64,000 nucleotides of DNA from NCBI GenBank assembly GCA_051362555.1, contig CM120649.1, positions 19,792,567 through 19,856,566 of the forward strand, in the 5' to 3' direction. Positions 50,201 to 63,300 of this stretch are shown one piece after another. Every line of letters begins with the position of its first letter. Position 1 is the stretch's first letter. Made by a program: the position numbers and the translations under genes. A model generated the notes under the pieces. It ran no database searches, was not told the origin of the DNA, and was given only the letters and a program-made list of their open reading frames with translations. The stretch comes from Lingula anatina (lineage: Eukaryota > Animalia > Brachiopoda).

Positions 50201-53200
50201 CCAGAGAGAGGCTCATTGGGATCCTTAGGAAGGTGGGCCTAGTTTTCTGTTGTGTGTCTTTACCCCAAAAGATTGGAGTAAATTTTGCAGTTTTAGAGAC
50301 TGATTTCTAGATAAACAATTTTTGAACCACTGTTTCCAATCATATTTTGTAGACAGGTATATAACTAAATTTATGTGATTATCTGTTCCTTCTTGGAGCT
50401 TGTAAATCCTCAGCAATACAATCCATCACGCCAGTCTTTATTTTTGCCAAGAGTAATTTGGCCTCACTATATGCTGCTGTAGACTGAACCAACAATGTCT
50501 GTGCCCTGTGTCTGATACACTAACATGTGTGAAAGTTTTTGGATTTCTGGATCTTCATTGGGGGCTCTGGACCCACTGTGGCCTTCTGCAAAATTTTCAG
50601 GATTTTCAGTTTTTACAATTTTCACCACGTACTAGTAAGTAATGGTAGTTGAGTATTGAATTCAGCATCTCTGTCGTTATATAATATTTCAGCTGAGTAA
50701 TGAGATCATCCGTCGCTGTTGTAAGGAGATTTCTCTGGACAAGATATTTGATGGCTATGTACAGTCCAGTATGAAGAGCCTGAATGAGTGCATTGAGTGC
50801 TGTGAGCAGTGGAAAGACATTTATAACAAGGTGGGCTATGGTTAGGCTTTTTGAAAAAAAAAAGGAAATTTAATTTGATTAAATAAATGATAAGTGAATA
50901 GATGAAGGCAGAAAAACTGGATTTTTTTTAATGAGTGAATTTGAAATAAGTAACAAATATTGAAATCAGAAATACCATTCCTGTTGAAAAATCTTTAAGA
51001 GAGAGACCTTATTTGTCAGTGACATTTGTACATTCACAAGACTTGATAAATATGCACAAATTTTTACATGTTTCTGTAGTAAATTGAATACCCTTGAATG
51101 ATAAGATATTTGAACCCTGTTTGATGTTATTCATTTACAGCATTTCTGAAATAAAAACTAGTCTTCAAGACCTGTTATCATGTATCTTATTTATTTATTT
51201 ATTCATTTTTGCCTTAATTTTTCCCTGCCAGACTGCCAAGCTCCACCACAAGTTTTCTCCCTCAGGCTGGGTGCTGGATAAGAGTGGCATCTTTGCCCAG
51301 GTGGATGCTTTCATCCAGAGATGTAAGGATCTCTTAGAGGTAGGAGACAGTGACAGTTCACTTTCACTTTCACTTTTTATCAACACATCCAACTAATACA
51401 TTGTATCAAAACACATAGAGGTTTGGTCATTGATTTGTATGAGGTGTCAACAAGCATGAAGCAAGCTTGATGAATTTTCATTCCTTTAAATCAATTATTG
51501 CCTGGGGCAATCGCCCAGAGACATTGGACTAGTAAAAAAATTAGATTTCATATAACCCAGACTGAGTTTTAACAGTAGACCCAGATTACCTGAAGTGCTA
51601 ATAGCCAAAAAGTTTTTTTTTTTTTTTTTTTTTTGTATAGACTGCAGTTCTCATATGCTCCTAGCATAAAAAATAGTCATGAAAACCTCTTAAGGACTAA
51701 GAGGTATGAAATTTGACCACTGATGTTTGCACTGTTTTTGTCTAGGTCTGTGAGTGTCAGATCCACTTTGCCAGACGAGAGGATGGCAACAAGACAGAGA
51801 TGCCACTGTTCGCGGGTCAGAAAGGACCCGAGATAGCACGGAGCCTGCTGGAGATAGAGAACGCCTTTGAGAAGAATCTGAACTACTTGAGAAGTGTCAA
51901 GAAGACCATCTTGGATGTGAAGGCCACTTCCTGGCATGATGACTACAACAGGTGAGTTAAGAACATGTGAGGTCATTTGTCTTCTGAAGTTGCAGATTCA
52001 AATCCTTTCAGGTGCTCTAGCAATTGTTTTACATGATGTCCATGTTTTAATTTCAGATTTATACTTTGTTCATATTGCTTCATTTGGTATCCATATTAGT
52101 TCTGGACCTTGTTTTTAATGTATTCATATTGTTTTGTATAGTATCCATATTATTTCAGTTTCATATTTATACTGTATTCATATTGTTTTATATTGTATTA
52201 TTTTTACGTCCAGGTTTCGTGCTGGTATCAAGGACCTGGAGGTGATGATGCAGAATGTGATCACGTCAGGCTTCGAGACAGCCACCACGGTGGAGCAGGG
52301 CGTGGAGCTCCTGGACGTCTTCATGCATCTGTCATCTAGAGAGGTAAAGAGTCAGAAATATGACCTGTGATATGTGTGATAGGACGTAGATTAAGCTGTG
52401 AGAGACAGGGATGGTGTTAATATCTGAGAATGTGGGCAGAGAAGTGACCGCTGTTGTGTATTGGGACAGTATTGTAGCTTACTAAACAACTAGTATGTCG
52501 TGTAAGCTTTCTTGCTTTATAACATAGCATGGCAAGGGAATGTCATAACACTACTAAAAACTGTTGTCTAGAATGGTGGGTGCCTCTCACATGCTTATTG
52601 TTTTGTTACATAAATATATATCATTTCTGACTGAAAGAACAGTTTATTGTTTTTTTTGCTCAATAACTGTGCTGTTCAAACAACCATTAGATGTATTCTT
52701 TCTTTTAGTGATAATATTCTCTGAATTGTGACAGTAGTGTACAAATAACTTATTAACAAGTCTGTGTGAAGTTTTAGACTATAGTTCTTGTGTCAAAGTA
52801 GTTATCTTCAGTAGAGTTAGAACTCTAACATAGCCCTGTAGTGTTGTATTTTGTGTCTATGAATTGGTTTGTTTTCAGCCTGATCAGGATTCAAAACTGC
52901 GACCAGAGAGAGACCGAGCGGTATTATTGATGTTGATGACTGATACTTTGCCTTTTTTTCCCTCTAGCATGCACTGTATTTTCAAGTATTTCTGTTCAGA
53001 TTCTCTACATATATTGATTATTTAACATATTTTCCCTGTAATTTAGAAACACATCATGCAATTTTAGCCTTATTTTGTGAAATTAGTTTGTTCAAGGCCC
53101 CATTGTTTTTTCATAAAATCCCATTTTATATATCCCAAGCACTGCAACAATTCTTGTTTTAAAATGTAAATAGAATAAAAAAATAAAAAAAACACTTCAT

Positions 53201-56200
53201 GTTATTTTTTATCACAAAAAATCCCTTTCACACATCTTTTAGCATACAAAGTGCCCTCACAGCATCACAATTCCCCCTTCCTTTACTTTGTATGGATTAT
53301 AAAGGCAAGATGGTAAAATTGAACTGAAATTGCTTATTTATAGAATTGCAGATTTTGGCACTTGCATATGAACTTGCTTGTGACATATGGCATGCTTGCA
53401 TTTGTTATAGATGTTGCTTATTGATTTTATTGAAGCAAATGTAAAGCCCATCAGCTTTACTGTGTTAAAATGAATAGAATGAATTTGTATCAATTCATTA
53501 AAAACCTTTAAATATTAAAAAAATCCATGGTTTGTTCTCTGTGCATTGAGATGTGTTAAAAAGCATAATATACAGAACCAAGATATGCAGCCTGAATGAA
53601 TATAACTCATATACTTGATTTCCACTATCTGCAGGCCATCAGAAGAAGCCTGGACAAGAAGACAGTGGATGTGTATGGTCTGTTCAATGATGAGTTGAAT
53701 GCTGTGAAGAAGGAAATGATGCAGAAGTCCACAGCCATCCCCTTGCCTCTGGGCCACCCTAAATATGCAGGACAGGGGCACTGGGCCAGACAACTCAAGA
53801 AGAGGATAGAGAGATCTATGATGGTGAGTCATTGTCCCGTTATCCCACACGCTGCCACCATGATGGTGAGTTATTATACCATACGGTGCAATATACCACA
53901 CTGTGCAATCAAAATAGAGAGACAAAATCTAGCTGCTGTCACCAAAATGCTAAAAAATTACTTATCAATACAGTACCTCATTCTTCACTGTTTCAGATCT
54001 TGGACCGCGCCCACTTCCTCCCTCATGCTGGTGCTGGAGACGAGGCCAGGGCTCAGTATCAGCAACTCTGTGCTGCACTGGACGACTTCATTAGGAAGAC
54101 TTTCAATGAATGGAGTCAGACTATAGACAGGGTACGTAATAGGTAGACCTCAGAGACAACTGATTATTATGTGTATAGGAAAGATGTTAGAATTATAGGC
54201 TCTAAGTTATAAAGCACAGTAGCAGCAGCTATTTGCTGTTTTGGTGTCTTTATCAGGAAGGTATTAAGGGAGGGAATGAGAGAGATGTAAAAAATCTAAC
54301 TTGATTTTATCATCTATTTCAGGAGCCGTCCAAGTTACTGGAGATTCCTCTGATGGCCCGCAGTCTGGAGAGGCCGCCCATGATAGATGTCAATTTTGAC
54401 AGGTATGGGGCACAAAATTATCATTATTTTGTTATTTTTTTGCAGTACAAACCTCTAAATGCTGACTTGATGGATCTATCTAGAAAATCTTGACTATTAG
54501 ATGAATGTAAAGTATTTAAATTACTGATTGATTCTTATTTTTGAAAAAAAAAGAAAAAAATAAAGGGATAGAGAAGATAGACCGTGAAAGGGATTTTCAA
54601 CAGTACATAAATATTTTACTCTAACTGCTCAATTATCTTAAGATAATAATTATCACATGTGCAAGGATATCACACTGTCACACTTGCAGGTCCCTCCTGA
54701 AGCTGTTCCAGGAAACACATTACTGGGAAAGGCTGCTGTTTGAGATCCCACATTACTGCAGTGACGTCTGCAGTAAAAAAGAAGAGCTGAGAATTCTCAG
54801 AGAAAATGTACTTCTGGTTGTCAGAGACTACAACAGGTAAATATGGTGTCATTTGACTAGTTTAAAGCTTATGATTGTGTAATTTAATTTTTTACAGAGT
54901 ATTTCAGGGTTACTGTAAAAAAATTGAGAGGTGGAATTTTATTGGAAAAAAAATTGTGCCATGTGTCTATTAAAAAATGATTTTTGAAAAGTAAATGACT
55001 AGGAACATTGTTTATTTAAAAAACTTTATCATTGCTTGGTATGAGGGTTAAAGGATATGAACGTCCTAAATTAAATATTTTAGTGTATAAGTCACATCTT
55101 TCTTTTATTTTTCAGAATCATAGCAGCACTGTCTCCAGAAGAGAGAAGTTTGTTCAAGGAAAGAATTAAGAATCTTGATAAGAAGATTCACCCTGGTCTT
55201 ACCAAGCTGACCTGGGCATCCAAGGGGGTGTCAGATTACTTCATAGGAGAGTGCAGAGTCCAGGCCAGCAAGGTAAGAGAGGAAAAACACTTCTTTATGA
55301 ATTGGAACCAAATGTTCTTTTGTCACAAAAGTGCTAGATTTTATGATAGGTCTCTTGGGACACAGACATCACCCAGTGATGTCAGTGAACAATCAAGATA
55401 TCAGGTTGACTATGAAAGTCTTAAAAAATATTACTTTTTGAAAAAGAAAGAAAAAAAAAGAAATATAAAATATGTACTCATCAGTGTTCTAACTTCCCCA
55501 ATCTCAGGTTCAAGCTATAGTAGATGACTACAAGGGAGCCAACATGAACATCTCCAGTAGCTGTAAGAGGATCAGTGAACTCCTGCTGCTCAAGATAGAC
55601 GGCAAGAAGATCTATGAGGACATGCAGTTTGATGAAGATCAGGTAATTAAGGAACCTTTTGGCAGTCTTAGTCATAGCAATTTTAACATTTTTGTTGCTA
55701 GAATTCCAGATGGATATCCTCCATCTTATTGTAAAGGAATTTATTCCAGTATTGAGTTTGATTAAATTTAAATTGAATGTACCTTTAATTATAGTCTTCT
55801 AACAGATATTACATAAGAGTTGTTTTCACCTTACACCTGGAGAAAAGAAATGAGTTGCAAAAATGTCATATTAAGTTTTATGCATAGTAATGATAGTAAG
55901 AAAGTGTTTAAATTTATAAATATGCTCTACAGGAGAAGCACCGTGCCAGTGTGAAGGTTAAGTTGGAAGGAATCCATGCTGAGATTGTCAGGACAATGAA
56001 GAGTACATATGAAGTATTCAGAGGAGATGGTGGGGAGGTACGTATATTGTATGGATCAAACATATCTATTCAGGTGAACATTAAATGCTGTTAAGTAAGT
56101 AGTATTGGGATATATTGTGGACAATATAATATCCTCTATACTGACCTATATGTTTTCATTGTGATCTCCAGGTCCAGCAGCACTGGCACAGGTACACTGA

Positions 56201-56880
56201 GAAGATGGACAGAATGTGTGAGGAGGCGTTCAGACTGAATGTGAAGTGGTCACTACAGGAGCTGTCCAGGGCCATCAATGGAGACGGCAAGACTGCCCCC
56301 AACCCGCTGTTCAAGGTGAAGGTGGTGTTGGAAGGAGACAAGGTGAGTGTTGTCATGGAAACTAATCAAATATAGAAAAAATACACAATTGCTACAATTT
56401 AATTTTCATGGAAGATTTTAACATAATATTATTAAGAATATCAAAATATGGGTACACAGGTCTTAGAGGGAAATTCTTTACATAGCAGTGCCTTTAAAAT
56501 AATAACATTTGAAAAACAGAAAAGAAATGTTCATTGTAAAGTATGAAATATAAATATTTATAGAGTGTTTTGTAAAAATGTTTCTTTCCTTATATCAGGT
56601 TGAGTTTAACCCCACATTGAAGCAGCTGGCGTTCATCGTGACAGCCATAGGATCCCACCTGACTAAGACTATCTCCAGTATACGCAGGCTGCCAGACCTG
56701 CTCACTAAGAAAAAATCTACCAAAGATGTATGTCATTTTCATTTGTTTTACACATTTACTTCTGAAATTCATAGTTTAAAGCAAGAAAACAAAGACTATA
56801 TTTCTGTCTTACATGATAACAGCAGGGTTTTTGTTTCAAATTATGCGGTGATGTTACACCCAGATATTATTACTATTATA

Positions 56881-56917
<37 letters not shown>

Positions 56918-59864
56918 CAGCCCATCCATGATGTTGTGGCCAGAGATGAGGAGATCAGGAAGATCCAGAACGCCATCAAGACAGGAATGGCGACCAATGC
57001 CACCAGTCTCCAGGAGTACCTGACCACCTGGGACAACTACCGCGAGATCTGGGAGATCAACAAAGACGCCTTCATCAGGAGATACCAGAAACTGAACCCA
57101 CAGGTGTCCTCTTTCCACGCTGATATTGAAAGGTACATGTGTGTTTTTTAAACTGCTGTATTGCCTTTTGGTAAAACTACTTTTTACTAAAGTTGAATGT
57201 GTTAACAGAAACATAACCATTTGTTCCTTGGCCCATTTGTGAACTATCCTGAAAATTTCATCAAAATCTGTCCATAACTTTTTGCATAATGTCCCGAACA
57301 GACAAATAAATTAATGTAACCAAAAATACTTGATCTCATTGGAGGAGGAAAATATTTTTGTAATACAACTAAATGTTATATAATTAAATATAAACAGGAA
57401 TGATGACTTTTATTACAAAGTATTTGACTGAGGACATAACACTACATGATAACTCTATATTTCCAGATACACTGAGGTAGCTAACAATGTTCAGACCCAG
57501 GAGACCATCCTAAACATCCAGTTTGTTCTGTTAGACTGTTCTCCTCTCAAGTACTCTATCCTCAGTCACTGCCAAGAATGGCAGAACAAGTTCACTACGC
57601 TGCTCAAGGATATCGCCACCTCCAAACTGAACGAGCTGCACAGCTTCCTGCAGGATAACGGGGCAAAGTGAGTTTGTACTGACTGAATATTTGTGGTTTT
57701 TATTTTTATTTCATTGCTATAAGTCAGAACTGTCAACAAAAGTTTGAGCTGTTACCTGTAGGTTGTCAGTAATGTTAAACTAAACTTGATTGGCAGATGA
57801 CAAAGAAGTCACAATGTAGACACTATTATTTGGCTGCAGTATGTCATCTTTTAGTTCAAATAATTTAGTATTGATGATTTTCTATTTGAGAATAAAATAA
57901 TTATTTTTCAAGCTGATAAATTTGTTAAGATATGCAGCTGAATTGGTGAAATTTAGTATGATTTTTTTTTCTTTATTTAAGCTGATAAATGTGTTAAGAT
58001 ATAAAGCATACCCTATATTTCCGTAGGGTAAGCAAACCACCCCAGACCCTGGATGAGCTGGCCGACACCCTGACCCTGTGGGAGACCCTGAACAGTGATC
58101 TGAGCAGTGTGGAGGCCAAGTTTGCCCCTCTCTACGACCAGTTTGCCATCTTGACCAAGTATGAGGTGCCAGTGCCAGAGGAGGTAAGGGATTGGGCTTA
58201 TCTTGTTCTGCAGATGGCAGCACATAGATAAGCTATTTGACTAAATGGGCATATTGGATTGACTGGAAGCTTAATGTTACATTAATAGTGTCAGACTTGA
58301 AAAAAAATTATTGAAACTGTTATAGTTTACTCAGTAAATAGGCCACCCTAAGTTTGAAGTTGTACAATGTTTAAAGATTTGCCGTCTTGTTTTCAAAATA
58401 GATCTTCAATCAGGTTTACATCTCTTCTGTTACTGGCAGTATTGTTTAATTTATGTTATGCAAAGAATAGTTAAGTAGGTAAAATTGCATTAAAATGTGT
58501 GATCCTATTGAAAAACATTGAGATTATACCACTTGTGTATGCAAACTGATGTGCTATGTTTTGTTGTAGACGACAGCTATGTTAGATGAACTTCCTAACA
58601 AGTGGGTGGAATTCCAACAGACTCTGATAGATGCTGATGCGATGCTGAAGAAAAATAAGGTAACCTACTTAGCAGTGCCCTTATCAATTTATGTAAGAAA
58701 TAGGTCAGGATTCCTTATACATATTCCAATGACTTTTGTCACAGTTTTGAAGTCCTAATATTCAGTTTATATTAAAAAAAAAAAGATAAATAAAAAAAAT
58801 AATAAAACATATCCTCAAGAAGGAGATCATTGGTGCTTGCAGGAGAAGTTCAAGACGGGACTTCTGGCGCAGGCGGAAGAGTTCAAGAAACAGGTGGCAG
58901 CACTGCTGTCAGACTTCAGCAAGAACGGGCCGTTCAGTGGCAGTCTTGGCACAGAGGCGGCGCTGGTGCAGGTAGCTGAGATCAAGGCTCAGGTGAACAA
59001 CTTCAAGGAGCAGGAACAACAACTGCGGCGAGGACTTGGGATCTTCAAGATTGATCAGCCGCCATCTAAGGATATAGGAGTACTGGAGAAGGTATGGTTT
59101 ACTACCTGTATGTATGTATGTGTATGTGTGTGTTGGTACAGTGTTTGTCTGTCTGTCTGTATATAGGAGTGTTTTGCATTTAATGTATTTGATTTTAAAT
59201 GCTGTTTAAGCTTCCTTTCAATATCTGTAACTTTTTGCAGTATATGGGTCTCTTTCTGACAAGAACATTATAAAAATCAATTATTATTGTCTGTGTTTTG
59301 GAACAATATCATGTGTTCTATTCTAGGATATAGAGAGTATAGAGACAGTGTGGGAGATTACTAAGGAGTGGGAAGAACACTGGGACCAGTGGAAGCTAGT
59401 ATAACAATATCATGTGTTCTATTCTAGGATATAGAGAGTATAGAGACAGTGTGGGAGATTACTAAGGAATGGGAAGAACACTGGGACCAGTGGAAACAGG
59501 GGAAGTTCTCTGGATTGCAAACTACAGAAATGGAAGATCAGTGTCAGGTAAGTGGACATGTGATCCTTTTTTTCTTCTTTTGTAATTTAACAGAAACTCA
59601 GGAGTGCTATAAGACACTACAGTTTGGAAATGTTGAAATTTTTTTATTATTTTGTAGCTTCCTTTTCTTAATAATTGAATGTGCTCCGTTAGATCAGTTC
59701 ATATTCAGGCCCGTAGCCAGGGGGGGTTCAGGGGGTTCAAAAGAACCGCCCCTTTTGTTTGGAAAAGGTTCGCTCTGGGTAAAATTTGATCTAGGTACAT
59801 GGGGATTTTATGGTAAAAGGTCCACTTTTTCAGAAAAAGAACCCCCCCCTTTTAAATTGCTGGC

Positions 59865-59899
<35 letters not shown>

Positions 59900-60264
59900 A
59901 TTATTATCCCCCCAGGTGCTGTTCAAGAAGCTGTCTAAGCTATCACGTGAACTGAAGGACAAGAGCTGGGAGATTGTGGAACAGAGTAAGAATAAAGTGG
60001 ACCAGTTTAGGCGTACCATGCCTCTGATCAGTGACCTGAAGAATAAAGCTATGAGACCCAGACATTGGACACAGATCAGGGTAAGGCTGCACAGGATTGA
60101 GTGTGTGTGTGTGGACAAGCATTTGTGTGTCATGTGTGCGTATGTAAGCATGTGTGTGCATACAAGGGTGAGCATACACATATGCTTGCAGGCACACACA
60201 CATACATGCACCACACATAGGCATGCATAGGGCACACATGCACCCACACACAACATACACAATC

Positions 60265-60317
<53 letters not shown>

Positions 60318-63300
60318 CCAGTGCAGCGACAGCAGAATATACAGAGGGAAAATCAGTATCTTCATCATAATTTAGAATACAGATCTAACCATAGCAATGA
60401 ATTTGGATTCACAGATCATTTTCTATATATTTTCCCGACAGGAAGACATGCAGAGAAGTTTTGACCCTGAGTCAGATGATTTCACCCTGGAGAAGATCAT
60501 CGAGTACGGTTTTGACCAGTACAGTGAGCAGATCAATGATATCTCTGGCGCCGCCACTAAAGAACTGGCCATAGAGGTGGCCCTACAGAAGATCAGTGAG
60601 ACCTGGGAGATTACTGAGCTGGACATTGGACCCTACAAGGACAAAGGTCACTTCAAACTGAGGTCAGTTTTGTCCAGGTCTTAGAAGATTAATAATAATT
60701 AAATATAATAATAATAATAAAAGAAAAAAAATAATCAAAGATTACTTTGAGTAAGATTGATAGCAAAATAGCACACACTTTAGCCTGTAAACTAAAATAA
60801 AACAAAATATGCATTTTATGTCAGCATTCCGAAAATAATTCTATTAGATTGCTTCATGTAAAATGGCATATTGTCTTTTAATTAAAATGGAATAAAAATG
60901 GAATAAGCCTTCCTAATCAGTGTTCAGAGCATTTTTGAAACAAGAAGGGCAGGGCATAATTTTGTTATTCTCCCTTCTCTCTCTTTCTCACAGGTCCACT
61001 GAGGAGGTGTTCCAGTTCCTGGAGGATGGCCAGGTTCAGCTGTCCACCATGAAGGCATCCAGGTTTGTGAAGGCATTTGAGCAGGACGTGGACAGGTGGG
61101 AAAGGACGTTGTCATTGATCATGGAGACAGTGGAGATGTTGTTGACTGTACAGAGACAGTGGATGTACCTGGAGGTGAGGCACAGTTCATACATATTACA
61201 CTGAATATATATATATATATATATTTATAGTTATTTGGCACATTTTCAACTATTCAAATGTTTGTGTATCACAATGAAAAGTTGTTTTTTTTTTGGCATA
61301 TTTGAATGAGAAACAAAGATTTACTACAACAGCCACACTGAATAAAGAAAAAAATTAGTAATACAAAGTTAGTATATTGTGATAGCAACCACACAGGGAA
61401 ATACCAGACCATTCTAAGTTCTAATACATGGCCCCCACAGCCCAAGTGAAGTGGGTAATATCTCTGGTTTTATTCCAGAATATTTTCCTGGGAGAAGACA
61501 TCAGGAAACAGCTGCCCAGGGAGTCGGCCGACTTTGATGAAATCAACATCAGCTGGAAGAAGATCATGACAACCATGAATAAAGACAAGAATGCTTTGAG
61601 AGCCACACACCAGCAAGGTGCGAGCCTCCATGTGTATCTTATATGTTCTTGTTAGATGATTGAAATAATTATGAATGGATGGATAGATTAATGAATGGAT
61701 GAATAAAAACATGTTTTCTAATTCAAAATTGTTCAAAGGTCAAACTATAACTTCAACTTATTGCAAAATTTAGCCCATTTCATCATATGCTATTGTCTCT
61801 TATAACAACATTCTTTGTCCACCATAGTCTACAATGTATATCTAGTTGTTTATAGAAATCACTATGGGAACTACTTCATGTATTTGTATTTGATTATGCC
61901 TGGATGTATCTGTATCTGTACCATGTGTTCTAGGACTGATGGAGAGACTGATCCAAATATGCTATTATCTCTTATAACAATATTCTATGTCCACCATGTG
62001 TTCCAGGACTGCTGGAGAGAGTGACTCAAATATGCTATTATCTCTTATAACAATATTCTATGTCCACCATGTGTTCCAGGACTGTTAGAGAGAGTGACTC
62101 AAATATGCTATTATCTCTTATAACAATATTCTATGTCCACCATGTGTTCCAGGACTGCTGGAGAGGCTGACCCAGATGAACAACAAGCTAGAGGAGATCC
62201 AGAAGTCTCTGGACATGTACCTGGAGACCAAGAGACAAATCTTCCCCAGATTCTACTTCATCTCTAATGATGACCTCCTGGAAATCCTGGGCCAGTCTAA
62301 AAACCCTGAGGCCGTCCAACCACACCTGAAGAAGTGCTTTGATAATATTAATAAACTAAAGATGGGAAAGGTAGAGTTCTTGGGGAATAGTTAGGATGGG
62401 GATGGGAAATTTAGTTTTTGGTAGGGGTAAAGTAGAGATGTTACAGGTTTACAGTCAGCCTGGAATATTTTTCACAGTCTAAAGACCTTTATATTTGTCT
62501 GGGAAAAAGGATAACTTTTTTTTTTAAATGCTTACTCATAAATACTAAATTCTAAGTTTAGCTATTGATGTTTCAACAGTTGACTGTACTACAAATTTGC
62601 TACTATGAAGACCAGCGTAACATTCTTGTAAGGTTTTTCGGCTGTAAAACCATAATGAGCAGTTAAGTATAGCATGTTTCAGAGATGCGGTTTTGCATTT
62701 CAAGATTATTTTTCTTGTTTACTTTTCACAGTTAATGTATTTGTGTCTCATCTGTATTATCTATCATTTCAGACTGGTATCACACAGAAGTGGGAGGCGG
62801 CTGGTATGAGCTCTGCTGACGGAGAGTATATAGAGTTTGTTCACTCAGGGACACCTGTACATGTGCTGCTGGATGGTCCAGTAGAGGTGAGGTCAACACA
62901 TAATTACATGCTTGGAAATGTTTTTTGTCATATTAATGTACATTATTTTGTTGATTTGAATAAATGTTTTAGTTTGGTTGGGGTCAAACAGTAATTACAT
63001 CCATGGAAGTGATATTTATATAATACAAATAAACTTAAACAAATGTGTTCATATCTAATAAATAATGAGTAAGTCATCAAACTCACTATCATAACTTTAC
63101 AAATATCAAATTAAGTTTCACAGGAACTATTATAGGTATTTTTAAAATTTTATTTTTTGGCAAATAGGGGTTTTTGTCCCTTGCTTTATAACATTAAAGG
63201 GATATTTTAGGTATTGCCTTCAGATTTTTAAAATGTTGTCATGGATACTGCCCTTGTCTTCCAGGCCTGGCTGTGTGACATAGAGAGAACCATGCGGACC

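Noticed and set aside
60100-60316. TG-rich then CA-rich tract as a functional hairpin
   Set aside because: Low-complexity complementarity expected from adjacent microsatellites
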